Positions 39,265 to 46,376 of a stretch of DNA of 64,000 bases are shown here, piece by piece. The stretch lies in IMG/VR virus record IMGVR_UViG_3300046665_000548, positions 186,001-250,000 of that record, one strand, 5' to 3'. The notes under the pieces are model-generated. The model did not search any database and was not told the DNA's origin. It saw only the letters and a list, made by a program, of their open reading frames with translations. Numbering within the stretch: position 1 is the stretch's first letter; each line of letters begins with the position of its first letter. A program made the translations under genes and the position numbers.

Positions 39265-39837
39265 TTACAGCAATCCACGAAAAGTCAGGCTGATTCGCGG
39301 CTTCGCCTCGAAATCCGCCTTCGGGATACGATGCTGGTGCGTATCCTGCATTCCTGCACGCATCAGGGCGAGCGATCCCGATTCGAGCATCAGCGTTTCG
39401 ACCGGGCCAAATTCACCCTTGTCGCCCTTGCCAGTGCTCTTGCGCAGAACTTTACGGAACTGAATGTTCCGCCCCTGCCCGACCGTGAGGATAGCGATAG
39501 GCAGCGAGTGATCGATACCCGGATCATCATCCTCGTGCCAGCCAAGCCAATCGCGCTTTCCTTCGTAGCCATTCAGAAAACAGCCACTGAAAAATCCGTG
39601 CCCGCCAGCCTTGAGCCGGTCGCGAGCAACGTCGATCAGGACATGCGAGGGACGCGGATGATACGTACGCTCACCTGCGCCGCGCCCATACGTGTACGAG
39701 CGACCAAGCGTGTTGGTCCAATACTCGCGACGCGGCGCGTCGGGTCGCTGCTCCCAATCTAGTTCTCCCCACAAGCGGGTGAACCATGCATCGGGGTGTT
39801 CAGCAAATCCGGGTATGTATGTGACCGGAGCATCCAT
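39265..39837 (-). CDS. alkB: AlkB-family 2OG-Fe(II) dioxygenase
   Basis: LNGY...WHEDDD (HxD), HRIPK, RISLTFR. Confidence 0.9.
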   Translation of the reverse strand: MDAPVTYIPGFAEHPDAWFTRLWGELDWEQRPDAPRREYWTNTLGRSYTYGRGAGERTYHPRPSHVLIDVARDRLKAGGHGFFSGCFLNGYEGKRDWLGWHEDDDPGIDHSLPIAILTVGQGRNIQFRKVLRKSTGKGDKGEFGPVETLMLESGSLALMRAGMQDTHQHRIPKADFEAKPRISLTFRGLL

Positions 39838-39861
39838 CGTCGTTGTCCTATGTTAAAAGCA

Positions 39862-40085
39862 GAAAAGGCCACCCGAAGGCAGCCTTCTCCGGACGAAATG
39901 AGTCGCGCTGAACTAAGCCGTAGCTGTTTCAACCACTCAAACTAACTCTCGCTTCGAGCCAGCAGGCTGTTTTACAAGGGAGCCCACCCCTCCATTCACA
40001 TTCTCAGTTTTAAGCCGAAGGTAGGTTTTTCAAAAAAGTACCGAGAGACTTACATCTGAGTTCTCCGTGATTGTTTCTGTTAGAT
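39862..40085 (-). ncRNA. Structured non-coding leader/sRNA upstream of alkB
   Basis: Own early promoter (40088-40115), H-type pseudoknot at 39962-39993, terminal intrinsic terminator at 39862-39889. Confidence 0.4.
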
Positions 40086-40184
40086 TAAACATACCACGAA
40101 TCAGAAGAACGTCAAGCAGTTTTATACGAGACGGTTCTGTTTTATTGCGGCCTCGACAAAACTACTGAATATAGTGGACGCAAT

Positions 40185-41441
40185 TTAAGAGACGCCACGC
40201 CTGACAACATAACTCGGTTCAGTCACGCCAAGGCGCGCATCACCCCGTTGATGATCATCGATCCAGCGAATCATGCGTTCGCAGCGTTCGCAGAAGCCAA
40301 CGCCGTCTTCCATAATCAACGGAACATGGCGACACACGTATGGAAGTTTGTTGCCATACTCAATGACCCGATAGTGACCTCGAACCTGATGGAGAGCCCT
40401 TTGCGCGTGCGTGGCCGCTTTATCGAGGCTGCGCGAGACAGTCTTGACCGCCTTGCTTTTCGGAACGTTGATCTTCACCACCGAATGGTCGAAATATTTC
40501 AGACGATGCGCCCCAACTGTTCGCTCGCCCTTCCGACCTTTTACGTCGCGCACGGTTGTGGGAGCATCATTCATGCTGCCTAGCAAACAAATCAGATATC
40601 TCAGAACTCCGGCGCGCTCCTGCATATCGCTGGAGACGAGCTTCATAAAGGTCCCGCGCTTTTTCGGATCGGAATAATGTGATTCCCAAAGCGGTTCAGG
40701 AACAGCGGCTACCTTGAACTGTGCCCAAGCTGGTGGAACTGCGCGAACCTGATCAGAAGACAGTTCTCCATCTGGCTCGTAAATTCCGACGAGCGCAAAC
40801 TCCGGGTCTAACATGGTGTCAACCAACTTATCCCCGACGACGATTTGACCACGCAACGGAACTGCGCCGTCGATCAAAGAATAGGTCGGTGATTTGAGAA
40901 TAGTCGAGCCCGTAACCTGTCGGAACGATGTCCCCTCGGGATCGAAGACCATAACAGAAGGAGACGGGACAATCTCGGCCTCACTCCAGGCATCGTCTGA
41001 CCCATCCCAGGTCGATTCTGGTTCTTTGTTGAGGTAAACAAATTCGGTCGCAATCCAGCGAGTGCTGTCGGGCTCGCGCTGCAAGAGATAGCCCGCTCGC
41101 GGACTTACTTGTGAAGGATCAAACGGATTCTGGAGAGTGCTCATGGCTTCGAACTCTCGCACCTTTACGTGCAAATCTAGTTCAAGCCAGATGCTATCAT
41201 AAGGGAGACGAGCCAATACTGCCCATGTACCAATCTTCTGCCTCTCATGAGCCAAATGGCATGTGAGACGCACCATGTCGTCGTCAACGACAAACCGCCG
41301 AGCACGTCGCAACGCTTCGCGATATCTGCGAAGATTGAACTGGAAGGTCGGATTGTTCTTCGAACCCTTCCAGCCCTTGAAAAGAAATCGGTGCACGTCA
41401 TCCATCATAGGGAAGAGCGCGTCGGTGGTTTCTTGCGACAT
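40185..41441 (-). CDS. Hypothetical protein (HQVRGHYR motif)
   Basis: 418-aa ORF. Confidence 0.7.
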   Translation of the reverse strand: MSQETTDALFPMMDDVHRFLFKGWKGSKNNPTFQFNLRRYREALRRARRFVVDDDMVRLTCHLAHERQKIGTWAVLARLPYDSIWLELDLHVKVREFEAMSTLQNPFDPSQVSPRAGYLLQREPDSTRWIATEFVYLNKEPESTWDGSDDAWSEAEIVPSPSVMVFDPEGTSFRQVTGSTILKSPTYSLIDGAVPLRGQIVVGDKLVDTMLDPEFALVGIYEPDGELSSDQVRAVPPAWAQFKVAAVPEPLWESHYSDPKKRGTFMKLVSSDMQERAGVLRYLICLLGSMNDAPTTVRDVKGRKGERTVGAHRLKYFDHSVVKINVPKSKAVKTVSRSLDKAATHAQRALHQVRGHYRVIEYGNKLPYVCRHVPLIMEDGVGFCERCERMIRWIDDHQRGDARLGVTEPSYVVRRGVS

Positions 41442-41845
41442 CAGTGCACCAAATGACTTTTGAGCGTTAAACGGCGCAGATCAGACCGTCGTTCTGCGCG
41501 CCCGCGATGATGTCCTCGGCATAACGATGCTCGATACAGACACTATCGCCCATCATCATAGCATCTTCGGGGATATTTTCATCCACCCATTCCTGCCCAG
41601 CCGGGCTTGCGGGCGTCATCTTCACGATAGAGCCATGGTTTTCGAAGCGAAGATCGGTCATTGTGTCCTCCGTTGTCCGTCTGTCCACGCAAAATGCCAG
41701 AAATCGTAAATCTGTCAAGCATTAAGCACAGTTTTGGTCAGTCTACAGTAATTTTTTGGTAAACCGGTCTTGACCGAGAAGTGTTCCTGACGTAGAGAAC
41801 ACAAGTCAACATTTGAGTGACACCACGCAGGATTAGGAGAGAAGA

Positions 41846-43447
41846 GTGGATCAACTGAGCCCATTTCGTGAAATCGACTGGCAAAAAGAAGATGTTCAGG
41901 TGGAGCGCGCTGGTAAGCGCATCATCCTTCCGGGCGAGCCCGGCGAGATGCCTATCGATGATGCTATCAATGCGCTTCATCGAGTCAAAACCGACGAAGA
42001 GCAGCAGTTCAACGTTCACGAGGTGATCGACGCACATCCGGTCGATGCCATTGTGTCTTTCGTCGCTGCAATGCGTTCGATCTATGGATGGGCATCGGCA
42101 GTCCCGACCCCCGGTTTCTTCGGCCCCCGTCCGCCGCAGATGATCTCCATCAAGACCGGCCCCGACGCAGACGACGTGATCCAGGTGCCGTGGGGCAGCT
42201 TCAAGCTCCCGAATGTCGAGAACCTGATTCAGGTCGCGAACCAAGAGCATGAAGGACGCCCAGTCCTCATCATCCACGGAACGGTGCGCAAGAAAGAGCG
42301 CGGTGTTTTGCTCGAACTGGCCAAGCTCACCCGTGAATTCTTGAAGACTCATTCGATCTTCAAGGGCAAGGCATTCACCATTCCAGTGGATGAAGACGGC
42401 GACCTCGAAGTGATGGAGCCGCCGACCTTCATGGACGTAGCCAGCGCGAAGCGCGATCAGCTTCTGCTGAACGATGAGGTGATCCGGCAGGTCGAGACCT
42501 CGCTGTGGGGACCGATCCAGCATACCGCCCTTTGCCGTCAGCATCAGATTCCGCTGAAGCGTGGTGTTCTGCTTGAAGGCCCGTACGGCTGCGGCAAGTC
42601 TCTGACTGCCTCGATCACGGCCAAGCTCGCTCAGGACAACGGCTGGACCTTCGTCAACCTCGACAAGGTGCAGGGTCTCAAAGCGGCACTGGAATTCGCA
42701 GTGCGCTATCAGCCCGCCGTGGTCTTCGCGGAAGATATCGACCGCATCATGGAAGAGCGCGACGAAGAAGCGAACGATCTGATCAATACCATCGATGGCG
42801 TTCTGTCGAAGAATGCCGAAGTCATGGTGGTGCTGACGACGAACCACGTCGAGAAGATTCAGCCCGTCATGCTGCGCCCCGGTCGTCTGGATGCGGTCAT
42901 TCGTATTCCGGCTCCGGATGCGGCGACGGTCGAGAAGCTGGTTCATTTCTACGGGCGCAACCTGATCGACAAGGACTCCGATCTGTCCAGCGTTGGTAAG
43001 GAACTCGAAGGTCAGATTCCGGCAACCATTCGGGAAGTGGTCGAGCGTTCGAAGCTGGCGATGGTCGTTCGCGGCGAGACGAGTGTTTCGGGTGAAGCAC
43101 TGCTCGTTACTGCTCAGGGCATGACCCAGCATCTGGCCCTGCTCAACGCGCCAGTCGAAGAGAAGACCGATGCTGACCGTCTGTGGGATGCTCTCGGAAG
43201 CCTCATCGGCGGCCAGACCGGCAGCGGCCAGACTCCGCAACAGCTAGCAAACGCTGTGACGAACACGGTGTCAAATGCCACTGTGCAGACCGCGCGCAAG
43301 ATCGACCGCGCGGTGGACTCCATCGGTCAAGTTGCGATGGGCGGAGCCGCTGCGGTGGTCGAGCGCGTTGATCAGGCGGAGAAGCGTCTCGGCGCGAAGA
43401 TTGCCGATCCCGCGCCGAAGAAGAAGAGCGCCGCATTCGACCGCTAA
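41846..43447 (+). CDS. AAA+ ATPase (single module, chaperone-like)
   Basis: GPYGCGKS Walker A, VFAEDID Walker B, TTNH sensor 1, LRPGRLD arginine finger. Confidence 0.92.
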   Translation: MDQLSPFREIDWQKEDVQVERAGKRIILPGEPGEMPIDDAINALHRVKTDEEQQFNVHEVIDAHPVDAIVSFVAAMRSIYGWASAVPTPGFFGPRPPQMISIKTGPDADDVIQVPWGSFKLPNVENLIQVANQEHEGRPVLIIHGTVRKKERGVLLELAKLTREFLKTHSIFKGKAFTIPVDEDGDLEVMEPPTFMDVASAKRDQLLLNDEVIRQVETSLWGPIQHTALCRQHQIPLKRGVLLEGPYGCGKSLTASITAKLAQDNGWTFVNLDKVQGLKAALEFAVRYQPAVVFAEDIDRIMEERDEEANDLINTIDGVLSKNAEVMVVLTTNHVEKIQPVMLRPGRLDAVIRIPAPDAATVEKLVHFYGRNLIDKDSDLSSVGKELEGQIPATIREVVERSKLAMVVRGETSVSGEALLVTAQGMTQHLALLNAPVEEKTDADRLWDALGSLIGGQTGSGQTPQQLANAVTNTVSNATVQTARKIDRAVDSIGQVAMGGAAAVVERVDQAEKRLGAKIADPAPKKKSAAFDR

Positions 43448-43460
43448 GAACGAGAATGAG

Positions 43461-43486
43461 AACGGCGGCTTCGGCCGCCGTTTTTC
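43461..43486 (+). terminator. Intrinsic terminator
   Basis: AACGGCGGC-TTCG-GCCGCCGTT plus T run. Confidence 0.9.
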
Positions 43487-43653
43487 GTTTGACAGAAAGG
43501 TAGAGCGCCATGGCTATCAGTAAAACTGAAGAGAAATTGAAAGAATTTCAACAGGCATTGAAAGACACTGGTGTAATCGCCCCTTGGCGAGCAGAATCCA
43601 TAGCTAACTTGCTCAAAGAATACGTCGATTTGAGACTGCAAGAGGAAAAGTGA

Positions 43654-44022
43654 ATGTCCGTTCGTTCAGCAACCGGTCACGACAAAATCATTGGGCAGAA
43701 GATCAGAGCCCGCCGTCTCATCGAAAAGATGTCCCAGGAGACGTTGGGAGAAAAGATCGGCGTATCCTTTCAGCAAGTGCAGAAATATGAGAAGGGCACG
43801 AATCGCGTCAGCTACTCCAGGCTGGTGCAGATTGCAGACACGTTAAACGAAGGCGTTTCGTTCTTCACCGAGGATACCAGCACGGTCAGTGAAGAAGGCC
43901 GCGCGATCCAGGAGGCAATGGCCCAGCCTGACGTTCAAAAAATTGCGCTCAGTGTTATGAGGATGACGCCTGTGATGAGAAAGGCGATCCTCGACTTCGT
44001 GAAGACACTCGAAGCCAGTTGA
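43654..44022 (+). CDS. XRE-family HTH regulator (alphaproteobacterial type)
   Basis: MSQETLGEKIGVSFQQVQKYEKGTNRVS. Confidence 0.92.
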   Translation: MSVRSATGHDKIIGQKIRARRLIEKMSQETLGEKIGVSFQQVQKYEKGTNRVSYSRLVQIADTLNEGVSFFTEDTSTVSEEGRAIQEAMAQPDVQKIALSVMRMTPVMRKAILDFVKTLEAS

Positions 44023-44376
44023 GGAGTGTGCGGTGAAAGAAGCCGACGAAATAACGCTGTTGCGTGAAGCGTTGAAGAATATGCTCGGACGAATTGAGAT
44101 CATGAAATTGAACTCGCCATTCGGCGGTGATCCTCAATCCGAAGACGAACGTATTGCGCTTTGCTTGTCGGAGAACCGTTTTCCTTACCCGCCTTACGGA
44201 GAACTCAAGAAATTTGAGTTAGAAGATTTCCGGCAGGCGTATGCGGAATTTGAAAAAAGGGGACGCACGTGAACCGGATAGCAAAGCTGTTTTTGATCTA
44301 TTTCGGAATTGCGGTCATATCAGCAGTGACGTTCTTGATCGGCTACGAAATCCACGTAATTCTTCATCTCTGATAG

Positions 44377-44591
44377 TGGTGGAGGCGACGGGATTCGAAC
44401 CCGCGACGCAGCCAGCACCCAAGCATTACCAAGGGCTGAAATTGGGTTTAGAACAGCGTTTCGCCGTATACCATTCACCATAGCACACGGCTGTATCGAA
44501 ACGTCCCCGCTTCCATTTAACTAGCTGCCAGTTTTACCTGGACCGGCATCCTGTTCTCCGGTGCTCTGCCGAGCGCTGAGCATTCGCCCCC
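44377..44591 (-). ncRNA. ssrA: Compact one-piece tmRNA (215 nt)
   Basis: GGGGGCG/CGCCTCC-ACCA acceptor with G3:U70, T arm GCGGG-TTCGAAT-CCCGT, helix 2 AGCACC/GGTGCT, PK1-like ATGCCGG..GTAAAACTGGCA, and an H5-like hairpin at 44463-44491 with TGA in the loop. Confidence 0.8.
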
Positions 44592-44612
44592 TAAGGGTTT
44601 ATTTGCGTATTC

Positions 44613-44687
44613 TGGAGGTTGAGGTGGGGATCGAACCCACTCGTGGAGGTTTTGCAGACCTCAGCGTTCCCATTTCGCCACTCAACC
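44613..44687 (-). tRNA. tRNA-Cys(GCA)
   Basis: GGTTGAG/CTCAACC, GAGGT-CTGCAAA-ACCTC, U73, CCA. Confidence 0.95.
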
Positions 44688-44688
44688 G

Positions 44689-44764
44689 TCAACGCGACAG
44701 GATTCGAACCTGTGATCCCCAGTCTCCCGAACTGGTAGGGACGGCCAGACTCCCCTACGCGCTG
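44689..44764 (-). tRNA. Atypical tRNA-Pro(GGG) (C33, A37, G38; no encoded CCA)
   Basis: CAGCGCG/CGCGTTG, A73, CCAGT-TCGGGAG-ACTGG, ACAGG-TTCGAAT-CCTGT. Confidence 0.75.
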
Positions 44765-44772
44765 TAACTCAA

Positions 44773-44979
44773 TTAGTCTAGCTTGAACCGCTCTGCGACA
44801 GGCAGACGGCGATAGCGCTCGATAACTCCGCTATAGAATTTGATAGCTTCGAGCGCGATCTCTCTGACTTCAACTAGGCTGTCGGCTTCGACGCAAAAGT
44901 AAGGCGAACTACTCGACATAGCCACCCAACGGCCCGGTTCGTATTCTCTGACGGTGACCGTCACGATGTTATCCGTCAT
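44773..44979 (-). CDS. HicB-like antitoxin-fold small protein inside the tRNA array
   Basis: VTVREYEPGRWVAMS...FCVEADSLVEVREIALEAIKFY resembles the HicB N-terminal domain; GAAGGGG RBS. Confidence 0.5.
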   Translation of the reverse strand: MTDNIVTVTVREYEPGRWVAMSSSSPYFCVEADSLVEVREIALEAIKFYSGVIERYRRLPVAERFKLD

Positions 44980-45000
44980 GACGGTCCCCTTCAAAACCTA

Positions 45001-45077
45001 TGGAGTCGGCGGCAGGACTTGAACCTGCATACTCCGGGTTTGCAACCCGGCTGACTAGCCATTCTCAACACGCCGAC
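45001..45077 (-). tRNA. tRNA-Cys(GCA), second copy
   Basis: GTCGGCG/CGCCGAC, CCGGG-TTGCAAA-CCCGG, U73, CCA. Confidence 0.92.
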
Positions 45078-45078
45078 G

Positions 45079-45153
45079 TGGTGACGGAACCTGGGATCGA
45101 ACCAGGGACATGCGCCGTATGAAAGCGCCGCTCTACCGCTGAGCTATACCGCC
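45079..45153 (-). tRNA. tRNA-Met(CAT), elongator-type (Ile2 not excluded)
   Basis: GGCGGTA/TTCCGTC, GCGCT-TTCATAC-GGCGC, ACCA. Confidence 0.88.
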
Positions 45154-45160
45154 GAAAGCA

Positions 45161-45246
45161 TTGTTCGTGACCCACCGGACTACTCAAAGGACCGGGAGGC
45201 TGTCCTTGTCCATATGAGAGTTTGCCTCCCGATGGGTCTCGAACAA
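45161..45246 (-). ncRNA. Unassigned structured element within the tRNA array
   Basis: Nested stems TTGTTCG/CGAACAA, GACCCA/TGGGTC and CGGGAGGC/GCCTCCCG. Confidence 0.35.
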
Positions 45247-45261
45247 CGCTCTATTAACTTG

Positions 45262-45338
45262 TGGTCAGGGTGGCAGGCTACGACCCTGCGATTTCCTCTT
45301 CCCGAAAGAGGCGGATTACCAGACTTTCCCACACCCTG
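45262..45338 (-). tRNA. tRNA-Pro(CGG) with non-canonical T loop (GTCGTAG)
   Basis: CAGGGTG/CACCCTG, CCTCT-TTCGGGA-AGAGG, ACCA. Confidence 0.9.
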
Positions 45339-45352
45339 TAACTCTGTATGCT

Positions 45353-45438
45353 TGGTGCGGCCAAGAGGACTCGAACCTCCACTCTTTTTGGGAACTACCA
45401 CCTCAAGGTAGCGCGTCTACCAGTTCCGCCATGGCCGC
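45353..45438 (-). tRNA. tRNA-Leu(GAG)
   Basis: GCGGCCA/TGGCCGC, CTACC-TTGAGGT-GGTAG, long variable arm, ACCA. Confidence 0.95.
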
Positions 45439-45462
45439 ATTCGTGGTGTTAGATGTGCTCTG

Positions 45463-45537
45463 TCAGGCGTCTCGGATTCGAACCGAGGATACTCCTGTAC
45501 CCAAAACAGGCGGATTACCAGACTTTCCCAACGCCTG
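45463..45537 (-). tRNA. tRNA-Pro(TGG) embedded in a 16-bp acceptor-stem extension
   Basis: CAGGCGT/ACGCCTG, CCTGT-TTTGGGT-ACAGG; no CCA at the normal position; flanks pair (45448-45463 with 45538-45553). Confidence 0.9.
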
Positions 45538-45590
45538 ACAGAACACATCTAACGCACGCGACTAGAGTAATCTCTTGCTCCAGTCAGTAT

Positions 45591-45678
45591 TGGTGGGCGG
45601 AGTAGGACTCGAACCTACGTAGGTTTTGAAGCCGGGAGGTTTACAGCCTCCGCCGATTGCCGCTCCGGTCACCCGCCC
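45591..45678 (-). tRNA. tRNA-Tyr(GTA)
   Basis: GGGCGGG/TCCGCCC, GGAGG-CTGTAAA-CCTCC, long variable arm, ACCA. Confidence 0.95.
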
Positions 45679-45740
45679 ATGGAAGACGATCTCCGACTGT
45701 CCGCAGACAGTTCATCAATCGTCATCACTAAACTTTAGAC

Positions 45741-45776
45741 AAAGAAAAACCCCGGTCAGATTTCTCTGCCGGGGCT
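45741..45776 (-). terminator. Attenuator terminator upstream of the tRNA array
   Basis: AGCCCCGG-CAGA-GAAA-TCTG-A-CCGGGGT followed by TTTTCTTT. Confidence 0.9.
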
Positions 45777-45800
45777 CTTCTGCTTTCGGGTTCTGCTCGC

Positions 45801-45887
45801 TTACACCACCAAGATGCGCGCGACCAGCCCGAGGGCAGAAAGCCCCCTGGTGGGATAGCACGGCATTGGGTAAAGAGCGTTGAACAT
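45801..45887 (-). CDS. Attenuator leader peptide MFNALYPMPCYPTRGLSALGLVARILVV (not in ORF track)
   Basis: GAGGAAG RBS; codons 5-12 match the downstream tRNAs; codons 14-20 can pair with the terminator 5' arm. Confidence 0.8.
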   Translation of the reverse strand: MFNALYPMPCYPTRGLSALGLVARILVV

Positions 45888-45931
45888 CGAATTCTTCCTC
45901 TGACGCGTCCGGTTGGACCGTCTGACAGTTT

Positions 45932-45939
45932 TATTTATA
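45932..45939 (-). promoter_or_regulatory. T4-type late promoter TATAAATA driving the leader and tRNA array
   Basis: Exact T4 late consensus 45 nt upstream of the leader ATG. Confidence 0.75.
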
Positions 45940-45969
45940 TAACCAGACTGATTCGAGTGTCAACAACTT

Positions 45970-46245
45970 TTATTGGGAAAGTCGTTGGATATCTTTTTCA
46001 AGACCAGCCATGACATTTGCAAGCCGTTCACGATGCTTTTCCAGTATGGCGAGCATGCCCGTTTCGGACTTTGGCTTGCGCCGAGCAGCGCGACCCTCCT
46101 CGGACATCGGCTTCTTGACCTTCTTCAAGATACGCTGTCCGCTCGCGTCTTTCTCTTTTGACTTGTAATACCGGTCTCCAGTCTCCGGGTCCTGGTAATA
46201 GCCTTTGTACTGGCCAGTCATGATTTCAAGCATTGTCTTGTGCAT
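45970..46245 (-). CDS. Basic hypothetical protein
   Basis: 91-aa ORF with GGAGGG RBS. Confidence 0.6.
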   Translation of the reverse strand: MHKTMLEIMTGQYKGYYQDPETGDRYYKSKEKDASGQRILKKVKKPMSEEGRAARRKPKSETGMLAILEKHRERLANVMAGLEKDIQRLSQ

Positions 46246-46376
46246 CGGATTTACCCTCCAAAAAGTAACTTACCTTCGCATGGGGTAAAATTGCCGTCAA
46301 TGGCTTTGTTGTATTGAAAATTATGGTATTTTAGTTCGCGTAAACGCGGTATGACAGGGCAAAGGAAAGGCCATAT

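Noticed and set aside
39897-39925. SAM-II riboswitch-like TCGCGCTGA..CCGTA on the plus strand
   Set aside because: No GCGCG partner strand or downstream pseudoknot, and it is antisense to alkB.
44377-44514. Stand-alone odd tRNA starting at GGAAGCG or GGGGACG
   Set aside because: GGGGGCG at 44591 pairs perfectly with the 3' acceptor strand including G3:U70, and the PK1-like and H5-like elements fit a tmRNA.
44241-45883. ORF-track calls overlapping the tRNA/tmRNA array (44241, 44561, 45180, 45214, 45626)
   Set aside because: They coincide with well-formed RNA genes and have no coding signals.
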